NCBI RefSeq assembly: GCF_030144855.1
Contig: NC_082721.1
Span: 43,152,001 to 43,216,000 of the forward strand
DNA: 64,000 nt
Reading direction: 5' to 3'
From: Hypanus sabinus
Lineage: Eukaryota
Numbering within the stretch: position 1 is the first letter of the stretch; each line of letters starts with the position of its first letter. This document shows, one piece after another, positions 1 to 11,369 of the stretch. The translations under genes were made by a program, and so were the position numbers. The notes beneath the pieces were generated by a model, which worked only from the letters and a program-made list of their open reading frames with translations, was not told the DNA's origin and searched no databases.

Positions 1-3000
1 AATGCAGGCCCTTCTTCCCAAAATGCTGTGTCGAAAATGTACTTACTTTAGAAATTACTTAGGGTTACCCACTACCCTCTATTTTTTATGCTCCATGTAC
101 CTATCCTGGAGTCTCTTAAAAGACCCTATTGTATCTGCCAACACCACTGTCGCAGGCAACACATTCCATGCACTCACCACTCTCTGCGTAAAATACATAT
201 CCCTGACATCCCCTCTGTACCTACTTACAAACACCTTAAAACTGCCCTCTTGTGTTAGCCATTTCATCCCTGAGAAAAAGCCTCTGACCCATCCTCTTAT
301 ACACCTCTATCAGGTCACCATGCATTCTCCATTGTTCCAAGGAGAAAGGGCAAAGTTCGCTGAATCTATTTTCACAAGGCATGCACACCAATCCAGACAA
401 CATCCCTGTACATCTCCTCTGCATCCTTTCTGTAGTTTCGACATCCTTCCTGTAGTGAGGTGACCAGAAATGAGCACAGCGCTCCAAGTGGGATCTGATC
501 AGGGTCCAATATAGCTGTAACATTACCTCTCCGCACTTAAACTTAATCCCATGGTTGATGAAGATCAATGCACTGTATGCCTTCTTAACCACATAGTCAA
601 CCTGCACAGCAGCTTTGAACATCTTATGGACTCAGACTCCAACATCCCTCTGATCCTCCACATTGCCAAGAGACTATATTCTGCCATCACATTTGACCTA
701 CCAAAATGAACCACATCACACGTACATGTATTGAACTCCATCTGCCACTTCTCAGACCAATTTTGCATCCTATCGATATCCTGACAGCCGTCCAAACCAT
801 CCACAATACACACAACCTTTGTGTCATCAGAAAATTTACTAACCCATCCCTCCACTTCCTCATCTAGGTCATTCATAAAAATCATGAAGAGTAAGGGTCC
901 CAGAACAGATCCCTGAGGCACCCCATTGGTCAACAACCTCCATGCAGAATATGACCCACTCACAACATTCTTTGCGTTCTGTGGTCAAGACAGTTCTGGA
1001 TCCACAAAGCAAGGTCCCCTTGGATCCCATGCCTCCTTACTTTCTCAATTATCCTTGTATGTGGTACTTTGTGAAATGTCTTGATGAAATCCAGATACAC
1101 TACAACTACTTCTCTACCTTCATCAATGTGTTTAGTCACATCCTCAAAAAATTAATTTGGTCTTGTAAGGCACAAAGCCATGCTGACTATTCCTAATTAT
1201 ATTATGTCTCTCCACATCTTCATAAATCTTGCCTCTCAGGATCTTCTCCATCAACTTACCAACAACTGAAGTAAGACTCGCCGGTCTATAATTTCTTGGT
1301 TTATCTCTACTCCTTTTCTTGAATAAGGGAACAACATGCCCAACCCTCCAATCCTCTGGAACCTCTCCCCGCCCCATTGATGATGCAAAGACCATTGACA
1401 GAGACTCAGCAATCTCATCCCTCTCCTCCCACTGTAGCCTGGGGTACATCTAGTCTGGACTCAGTGACTTACCCAACACGATGCTTTCTAAAATTTCCAC
1501 AGATCCTCTTTCTTAATGTCTATATGCTCAAGCTTTTACAGTCCACTGTAAATCATCCCTACAATTGCCAAGGTCCTTTTTCGTAGTGAATACTGAAGGA
1601 AAGTATTCATTAAGTACCTCCGCTATTTCCGCCGGTTCCACATACATGTTTCCTCTGTCACACTTGATTGGCCCTGTTCTCTATCATCTTATCCTCTTGC
1701 TCTTCACATTGTTGTAGAATGCCTTGGGGCTTTCCTTAATCCTGCTTGCCAAGGCCTTCTCATAGCCCCTTCTAGCTCTCCTAATTTCATTCTTAAGCTC
1801 ATTCCTTGTAGCCTTCTAGCCTTATAATTTTCTAGACCTCTATCATTACCTATTTTTTTTACCCTTTTTTATGCTTTTCTTCTTGACTAGATTTTAAACA
1901 GCCTTTGTATACCATGATTCCTGTACCCTACCATCCTTTTGCTGTCTCATTGAAATGTACCTATGCAGAACACCACGCAAATATCTCCTGAATATTTGCC
2001 ACATTTCTGCTGTACGTTTCTCTTAGAACATCAGTTCCCAATTTATGTTTCCAACTTCCTGTCTGATAGCTTCATATTTCCCCTTACTCCAATCAAACGC
2101 TTTCCTAACTTGTCTGTTCCTATCCCTTTCCAATGCTATGGTAAAGGAGATAAAATTGTGATCACTATCTCCCAAATGCTCTCACACTGAGAGACTTAAC
2201 ACCTGACCAGGTTCATTTTCCAACACAATATCAAGAACAGCCTCTCCTCTTGTAGGCTTATCTACCTAATGTGATAGGAAACCTTCTTGAACACATCTAA
2301 CAAACTCCACCCCACCTAAACCCCTGGCTCTATGTAGCTGCCAATCAAAACTGGGGAAATTAAAATCTCCCACCACAACAACCCTGTTTTTATGTCTCCC
2401 TATCTGCACATCAATGTCCCTGTTGCTATTGGGTGGTTCATAAAAAAACACCCAGTAGAATTATTGATCATTTCTTGTTTCTAACTTCCACCCACAGAGA
2501 ACCAGTAGACAATCCCTCCATGACTTCCTCCTTTACTGCAGCCGTGACACTATCTCTGATCAGTGGTGCCATGCCCTGACCTCTTTTGCCTTCATCCATG
2601 TCCTTTCTGAAACATCTAAAGCCTGGCACTCTAAGTAACCATTCCTGCCCCTGAGCCATCCAAGTATCTGTAATAGCCACAACATCATAGCTCCAAGTAC
2701 TGATCCACACTCTAAGCTCATCCGCTTTGTTCATGATGCTTCTTGCATTAAAATATACACATCTCAAACCATCAGTCTGAGCATATCCCTTCTCTATCAC
2801 CTGCCTATCCTCCATCTCACACTGTCTACAAGATTTCTCTAGTGAGCCAACCTCCCCTTTCTCTGTCTCTCCAGTTTGGTTGCCACCTCACAGCAATATG
2901 TACCAATATGTACCACGACCTCTGGCTGTTCTACTTCCCACTTCAGGATATTGTGAATCAGAAACATCCCGGACCCTGGCACCTGGAAAGCAAACTACCG

Positions 3001-3095
3001 TCCGTGTTTCTTTCCTGCATCCACAGCCTGTCTGAGCCACTAACTATAGAGTCCCCTATCACTGATGCCATCCTCTTCCTTTCCCTACCCTTCTA
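1..3095 (-). mobile_element. CR1-clade LINE, decayed: 3' part of ORF1 (SGNH-esterase-like) plus ORF2 (AP endonuclease and RT)
   Basis: Minus-strand fragments: 'GLRCVYFNARSIMNKADEL' and 'VVVVGDFNFP' (endonuclease), '[21 protein letters not shown]...SKFSDDTKV' (RT), and a GDS-type ORF1 motif near 2950-3090. Many stops and frameshifts. Confidence 0.9.
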
Positions 3096-5819
3096 ATCAT
3101 GTCAAAGTAGAAGAGGTTTAGTTTAATTTGGCATCATGTTTAGCATGGATTTTTGTGATGAAGGACCTGTTTTGGTGCTATGTTTTCATATTTCAGAGAA
3201 ATCTAGGTTAATCAGATAAACATCCAACAGCAGGAGTGAACCAGTAGCAATACATCTCAGTTAACTGATCCTTTAACGACATGGTTACTAGGCGAGATGT
3301 GAGAAACCCACATGGATAAAACCTGAACTCTCCTCAGTTTAACCAATCCACAAGTACATTTCTTTGACAAAGTAAATGGGAGGAGTATCCTTCCTACAAT
3401 CATGGAGACTAAATTTGAACTTAAATTCAAGGATTACCTCTTTTGCATTGCGTGGTAGAACCAACATACTAGATAGGATAGTTTCAAAATAGATTTAGCA
3501 TCTCAAACATAGCACATGTTTCATTGGGTATCATCAGCAGCAAAACGTTATACTTCGAACACAATTCATAACCTTGTTACACAGCATATCCTCACTCCAT
3601 CATTACAATTATACAAAGCTGCTGACCCTGATTTAATATCAAAAACAGAAGTGTACATGAGCAGAATTTGTCAAGTCTAAAAATTATCTGAGAACCTGAA
3701 GTTACCACATTGTGAACATTAAGCAGTTGATCAGCATAAAGTTAACTGGCAGCCCTAAGCCAATGGATCTGAAGAAGGGGATTAAGCCTCTTAAAGGCAA
3801 CAAGGGAAATTTAATAAGGGATATACAAACAACAGTTTATTAAAACAATGAGATTTTTGCCAGTTGTCACTGCGAACACAAAAAACATGCTACTCAAGGG
3901 GCAAAAAAGGCAATTCTGCAAGAACCCAGCAGGTCAAACATCACCTTTGGAGGCAGAAGGTGTATGTTGATGTTTTGTACTGAGAATAGGTATCACTACA
4001 GAGTGAACAGGAAATTTTACTAGTATAAAGCAGTATGAGGAAAAGTGGGACAGAGGCTGGGAGGTGATAAATAGAGATGGATAGTCATTTAGATAGCAGA
4101 AAGATGGAACCAAGTGAGAGACAGGGAAGGAGATGTGGACACAGAGAGAGGAAAGCTAGTACAGCAGTCACCACAATGTTATTATAGTTTGGGGATTTAG
4201 ACTTTCAAATTCAATTCCGATGATGTTGCATCTGTACAACTACATATCAAATAAATAAAGGCACACACTCAAAGGAGAAGTTAATGTGTATATTCATCTT
4301 ACAGAAAGAGCATTAATGTGCAGGCATAAGTTGCCAGTCAGAATTAGTGCTAAGGGGAATCATTGCGCTAAAAGAAAAAGATCCATACATTGCACTTCCT
4401 CCCCATTTAGACTAATGTAACATAAAACTATACATGTAACAAAACATTCTATTTCCCTCAAACAGACCATATTCAAATAATCATGTTTTCACAAAGCATT
4501 CCATAACTTAGTTCATTATACTAAAGATTCAGCCTTTGGATGGTGCTCTGTTTCTTTCAGGATAGTGTCTTTGGACATGTGGAGTGGCATCAAGTTTGGT
4601 TGATGCTTTCTCTGTTGCAGATGTCACATTGCTGTTAGTGACATAATCATTACTGAGAGGTAAGTCTGATGGAAACAATATGTGCTCCTTCTTGGATGCA
4701 GTTGACTTAGGTGTGTTCTTTGGCTGAGCAGCCAGTGTCTGGTTCACATAATGTCTCCATGTATGAACTTCAAAATCCACTATGTACATCATGGTCAGGT
4801 CATTCTAGCTATCCTACTGGGTATCCAATAGTCTTCTCAGTGATCATGCACTAGAATCTCCTGTCCAACCTTAAAGGTCCTTGCTGATTTACTTGGTAAC
4901 TGGTTGAATTGTTTACTCTGCACTTCACTCCAGAGACATGGTCTCATGAGATCTATGCAAGATCTCAGATTCCTGCTCATAAACAGCATTACAGATGTTT
5001 GATTTGTCATTGCATGAACAGAGTTCTGATACACAAAAATGTAGTTGTCCACTTTGTGCTGTAGAGAATTGTCATCCTTGTCCATAGCTTTAATGGACTT
5101 CTTGAAGGTTTGGATAAACTTTTCAACTACCCCATTCATTGTTTGGTGGTGAGGAGATGAATTTAAAATTTTGATGCCATTTTTCTTCCATGAATATTGT
5201 GAACTCTTCTGGTGTGTATTGTGATCCATTTTCGCTCGCAATTTGTTTTAGGAAAGTATTTCAGTAGAAGATAGAATTCAGAGTGTAGACGTTTTTTTCT
5301 GATGTGTTTGACCTCATTGATATGACTTCAGGCCACTTCATATGAGCATCCACAGCAATCAGAAAATGGAGTTCCTGAATGGCCCAGCAACATGAACATT
5401 TGTCATGGTGATGATGGCCACTCCTACGGGTGGAAAGTTGCCTGTGGTGTATTTTGAAATTTGTGTCATCTCAAAAAGCTTTTGGTCACGTTTTCAATCT
5501 GTCTATCAATTCTTGGTGACCACATGTTGTTCCGGGTGAGACTCTTGATTTTAACTGTACCCAAGTGTCTTTCATGCAGGTTTTCTAACACTCTGGTGTG
5601 CAGTTTAGAGGGAACCACAACATAAGATCCATATATCAGGGTTCTTTGACATACAGCCAGTTGGTCTCATGTAACTAAGAATTCTGGAAACAATGGGATT
5701 AACAAAACAGGCCATCTTTGCATGGTGATGTCATAGATTTTTCACAATGTTGGGTCATTCCTTGATTCTCCATGCATTTCAGAACTTATTACTGGAAGCT
5801 GGACCATCAATCCTATAGA

Positions 5820-6424
5820 CAACAGGCAATAGACAATAGACAATAGGTGCAGAAGTAGACCATTCGGCCCCTGAAGCCTGCACCGCCATTTTGAGATCAT
5901 GGCCGATCAACTACTATCAATACCCAGTTCCTGCCTTGTCCCCATATCCCTTGATTCCCCTATCCATAAGATACCTATCTAGCTCCTTCTTGAAAGCATC
6001 CAGAGAATTGGCCTCCACTACCTTCCAAGGCAGTGCATTCCAGACCCCCACAACTCTCTGGGAGAAGAAGTTCTTCCTTAACTCTGTCCTAAATGACCTA
6101 CCCCTTATTCTCAAACCATGCCCTCTGGTACTGGACTCTCCCAGCATCTGGAACATATTTCCTGCCTCTATCTTGTCCAATCCCTTAATAATCTTATATG
6201 TTTTAATCAGATCCCCTCTCAATCTCCTTAATTCCAGCATGTACAAGCCCAGTCTCTCTAACCTCTCTGCGTAAGACAGACCAGACATCCCAGGAATTAA
6301 CCTCGTGAATCTATGCTGCACTTCCTCTACAGCCAGGATGTCCTTCCTTAACCCTGGAGACCAAAACTGTACACAATACTCCAGGTGTGGTCTCACCAGG
6401 GCTCTGTACAAATGCAAGAGGATT
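5820..6424 (-). mobile_element. Young CR1 LINE 3' end inserted in the Gypsy element
   Basis: ORF 5917-6417 'HLYRALVRPHLEYCVQFWSP...WNALP' (CR1 RT C-terminus) and a (CTATTGT)n tail at ~5820-5846. Confidence 0.92.
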
Positions 6425-7022
6425 CTGTGTGGAATTCTTCTGCTGTGTCACAGAATGAAGACCTTACTTCATCAGTAGTCAACAGTGGAAAACGTGACAA
6501 GCCATCAGTGGTGCTGTGTTGTTTGGTACTCTTGAACTCTATGTCATAAGAGTGGGCTCTTAGGAAAAGTGTCCAATGTTACAACTGGGTAGTAGACATT
6601 ACTGGGATTCCTTTTCTGGGATGGAAAATGCACACAAGGGGATGGTGGTCTGTCAGTGGAATAACCTTTTGTCTGTAGACGGAGTGGTGCAATTTCTTTA
6701 CTCCTCATTGTAGACTAAGAGGTTTTCAGTTGATCTGTGAATAGTTGCATTTTGCGATGGTAAGTGATCTTGAAGCAAGTGCATTCGTTTATTCAAATTC
6801 ATCTTTCATAGTGTGTGATAAAATGGCCCCAGTGTCATAAGGGGATGCATGACACATGACTTTGATGGGCAGAAATGGATCATAATGGGTGAACAGTTCA
6901 TCTATTTTTATTAGTCTCTTGTTTCCTTGAATGCTCTTTCACATCTTTGTGAACACTCCTACTTTGCAATAGTGCATTCAATGGGCGTAATGCCAAAGAT
7001 GAGATGATTATACTGGGAAATC

Positions 7023-8184
7023 TCCCACATAGGAGATTGGTGGGTAAAATCAAAGCTCATAGCATTGGGGGGAGACATTGACATGGATAGAAAACTGGTT
7101 GGCAGATAGAAAGCAAAGGGTAGCGGTGAATGTGTGTTTCTCGGAATGGCAGGTGGTGACTAGTGGGGTGCCACAGGGCTTGGTATTGGGACCACAGCTG
7201 TTTATGATTTATGTCAACGATTTAGATGAAGGCATTGAGGATAACATCAGCAAATTTGCTGATGATACTAAGTTGGGTGGCAGTGTGACATGTGATGAGG
7301 ATGTTAGGAGAATTCAGGGTGACTTGGATAGGCTGGGTGAGTGGGCAGATACTTGGCAGATGATGTTTAATGTGAATAAGTGTGAGGTTATCCACTTTGG
7401 GAGTAAGAACAGGAAGGTAGATTATTATCTGAATGGTGTATAGTTAGGTAAGGGAGAAATGCAAAGAGATCTAGGAGTCCTTGTTCAGCAGTCACTGAAG
7501 GTGAATGAGCAAATGCAGCAGGCAGCGAAGAAGGCTAACGGAATGTTGGCCTTTGTTACAAAGGGAATTGAGTATAAGAGCAAGGAAATCCTCTTGCATT
7601 TGTACAGAGCCCTGGTGAGACCACACCTGGAGTACGGTGTACAGTTTTGGTCTCCAGGGTTAAGGAAGGACATCCTGGCTGTAGAGGAAGTGCAGCATAG
7701 ATTCACGAGGTTAATTCCTGGGATGTCTGGACTGTCTTACGCAGAGAGGTTAGAGAGACTGGGCTTGTACAGGCTGGAATTAAGGAGATTGAGAGGGGAT
7801 CTGATTAAAACATATAAGATTATTAAGGGATTGGACAAGATAGAGGCAGGAAATATGTTCCAGATGCTGGGAGAGTCCAGTACCAGAGGGCATGGTTTGA
7901 GAATAAGGGGTAGATCATTTAGGACAGAGTTAAGGAAAAACTTCTTCTCCCAGAGAGTTGTGGTGGTCTGGAATGCACTGCCTTGGAAGGCAGTGGAGGC
8001 CAATTCTCTGGGTGCTTTCAAGAAGGAGCTAGATAGGTATCTTATGGATAGGGGAACCAAGGGATATGGGGACAAGGTAGGAACCGGGTATTGATAGTAG
8101 ATGATCAGCCATAATCTCAAAATGGCGGTGCAGGCTCAAAGGGCCGAATGGTCTACTTCTGCACCTATTGTCTATTGTCTATTG
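7023..8184 (+). mobile_element. Young 5'-truncated CR1 LINE inserted in the Gypsy element
   Basis: ORFs 7078-7443 ('SGVPQG...SKFADDTKL') and 7459-8094. (CTATTGT)n tail ending ~8184. Confidence 0.92.
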
Positions 8185-9065
8185 AAAGTTCCTTGTGAGT
8201 GTTAATTGTGGAGGAACTTACTGTTTGACTCCTCAATCTCCATTTGTAGATAGGCTGGTGATAAGACAGTCTCCGAAAAACTCTCCGCTTCTGCTAAAGA
8301 TGAAAAAGTGTCTCCTATTCGCAGCTGGGGATACTGCACAGTATGCAGCACAGGGTAATTACTCACTTCGTAGTCCCCACATGTGCGAATAATTCTGCCC
8401 TTCCATTTTTTGATCACGAGGACAATGGGCATGGCCCAGTTGCTCCACTCAACTTTGGAGAGAATGCCTGATGCCTCCAAGCTCTGAAGTTTAGCATTTA
8501 CTTTAGGACATAATGCATAAGGCATTGGACGTGCTTTATGGAATCCTGATATTCCTGCTTCATCCAGTTCAATTCTGGCCTTCATGCCTTTACATTACCA
8601 ATACCCTTCTCAAACACCTCATTGGTTTGTACTACCTGTTGGGCTGCAGTTCCCTGTTCATGACACATTGAAAGATTTGATTGTGTACCAGTTTAGTTGG
8701 ATTTTTCTCAACTATTCACATCCAGAAAGTGCTGGCCCTCCACTTATTGATACATAAAGCTCTAACTGCTGCATCTAGCCTCCATACAACACCTTCATTT
8801 TCAGTTTACCTTTGAGAGACAGTTTTCCACCTGTGTAGATCATTCACATCAGCAAAATCTTTTCTAATGGTAGCTTTGAAAACAGTCCACTGCAGTCATC
8901 CCTTGAAATTGCAGACAATGCTGACCCTGTATCCAGCTCCATTTTTAGTTGAACACCAGAAACATCTGTTTTGATCCATATGATTGTGTGATCTGCTTCA
9001 GTAATGCCATACTGTTCTAGGCATGACAGCTCACCTTTGTCAGGTTCTGTGTTGTCAGATTCACA

Positions 9066-10555
9066 ACAACATAAGAAATAGGAGCAGGAGTAGGCTATCT
9101 GGCCCATTGAGTCAGCTCCACCATTCAATAAAATCAAAGCTGACCTCCATGGACTTATCCCCACTTACATGCCATTTGCCCAAAACCCTTAATTCTCCTA
9201 CCATGTGAAAATCTATCCAACCTTGTCTTAAATATATTTACTGAGGTAGCCAGCACTGCTTCATTGGGCAGAAAATCTCACAGATTCACCACTCTTTGGA
9301 AAAACAGGTTCCTCGTCATTTCCATCCAAAATTTACTCCCCCAGATCCTGAGTCTAGTTCTCCTAGCTCTTATCTCACCTACCACTGGAAACAACTTTCT
9401 TGCCACTATTTTATCTATTCCTTTCATAATTTTATATTTTCCTATGAGATCTTCTCTCTATCTTCTGAATTCCAGTTCAGTTCCAGGTGACTCAATCTCT
9501 CCTCATAGTCTAACCCCCTCATCTATGGAATCAACCTGGTGAACCTCCTGTGCACCGCTTCCAAACCCAGCACATCCTTCCTCAAGTAAGGAGACCAGAA
9601 CTACATGCAGTACTCCACAAGCAGCCTCATCAGTACCCTGTGCAGTTGCAGCAAAACCTCCCTGCTCCTAATTTCAATCCCTCTAACAATGATGGCCATC
9701 ATGCCATTTGTCTTCCTGATAGCTTGCTGAACCTTCAAACTGACCTTTTGTGATTCATGCACAAGCACTCCCAAGTCCCCCTGCACAGCAGCATGCTGCA
9801 AACTGTTACCATTTAAATAATAATCTGATCTCCCATTTTCCCTTACAAAGTAGATGAAATCACAGTTTCCAACATTCTACTGTACTCCATTTGCCAGATC
9901 CTTGCCACTCACTTAACTTATCTACATCTCTCTGCAGGCTCTCCATATCCTCTGCACAATTTGCTTTTCTACTCACTTTAGCGTGATCAGCAAACTTAGA
10001 TACACTACACTCGGTCCCCTCTTCCAGAGCATTAATGTATACCATGGACAGTTGTGGGCCCAGCACCAACCTGTGAGGCACACTGCTTATCTCTGATTGC
10101 CAGCAAGAGAAGCACTCATGTATCTCAACTGTCTGCCTTCTATTGATTAACCAATCCTCTATCCATGCTAATACATTACCCCCAACTCTATGCGTCCTTA
10201 TGATATGGGCAAGTCTTTTATGTGGCACATTATGGAATGCCTTCTGGAAAACCAAGTAAATAACAACCAACTGTACCCCTCTGTCCACTGCGCTTGTTAT
10301 ATCCTCAAAGAACTCCAGTAAGTTTGTCAAACAGGACCTGCCTTTGCTGAATCCATGTTGTGCCCTGCATGATGGATCCATTTCTTTCCACATGCTTTGT
10401 CATTGCTTCTTTAATGACAGCTTCAAGCATTTTCCCAACTACAGATATTAAACCAACTGGCCTATAGTTACCTGCCTTTTGCCTTTATCCTTTTTTGAAC
10501 AGTGGCAAGACATTCACCTTCTTCCAATCTGCCAGGACCTGCCCAGAGTTCAGTT
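9066..10555 (-). mobile_element. CR1 LINE fragment inserted between Gypsy gag and protease
   Basis: 'QHGFSKGRSCLTNLLEFFEDIT', 'VSKFADHAKV' and a CR1-type 3' UTR at 9066-9130. Confidence 0.85.
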
Positions 10556-11369
10556 GCACATTCAGTCACTTTATGCATTTGTTTGGTTTTGAGTTTGAAA
10601 CTTCTCCCTCTGTGTGGTTTATCGCTTTGATTGTGCTTTTTGTCTGACTTGCACACTCTCTCTATGTTGCCTTGTCTGTGACACTTCCTGCAAATTTTTT
10701 CTTTAAACCAACAGTCATTTGCATTATGGCAGGATTTGCCACATCAGTAACATTTTTGGCTTTTTCATCATACAGAGACATTTTGTGGATTTCACATTCA
10801 AATTTTTTTTCTGTAGTTCTGACTTGTCTTTTGCTGCAGCCTCTAATGATATTGCAATCGTCAATGATCATTGTGAGGTAAGGTCTTTTTCTGACAGTAA
10901 CCTCTTTCAAGTACTTTGACTATGCATGCTACTTACAAGCCTGTCCCTTGATATATCAGAAAGTCCAGGTGTAAAGTCGCAGTACTGGAAAAGTTTGCAC
11001 AGATCTGCAACATATTCAGAAATGCCTTCAACCTTTGACTGGTTGCTTTGTGAAATACAAATCTCCCAGCTATTATTAGTGATTTTAGGTTGAATTGATT
11101 TTGCAAAATTGCAGCAGTTTTGGTCATTGTCTTGCTGGCTGACTTTATTAAGTTGTGTAAGAGACTATACGTTGTAGCACTCATTAAGCTGCAAAGAGAC
11201 TTTCTTTACCTCATCCACATCATTACCATTACAATACAGTTCAATGCACTCAATATATGATTTCCAGTCCTGATGAGCACTATGAAATTAGTCAACTTTC
11301 CCCACCCTGGCCATTGTCATGTTATTTTTATGTTGTGGTTGTGTGTCTCTCACTGTGTACTGTGCACTG

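Larger units (their letters stand above)
4240..11330 (-). mobile_element. Gypsy/Ty3 LTR retrotransposon relic (gag-PR-RT-RNaseH-IN), split by three CR1 insertions
   Basis: Collinear minus-strand pieces: gag from ATG ~11314 ('LIIAGRFVFHK'), protease 'ELDTGSALS' (8844-9164), RT N-terminus 'ARPMPYAL...WAMPIVLV' (8202-8585), RNase H 'THYDP...HASPY' (6425-7010) and integrase 'SPHHQTMNGVVEKFIQTFK' (4837-5241). Polypurine tract GGGGAGGAAG on the minus strand at ~4395-4404. Confidence 0.85.

Noticed and set aside
5891-6274. Recurrent antisense ORFs (also 7737-8120, 59459-59842, 57914-58414)
   Set aside because: Shadow frames of CR1 ORF2 that recur only because the LINE copies are similar.
11351-11357. 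CACTGTG heptamer (also CACAGTG at 63003-63009) as an RSS or signal joint
   Set aside because: No nonamer at 12 or 23 bp spacing, and both lie in or next to retroelement DNA.
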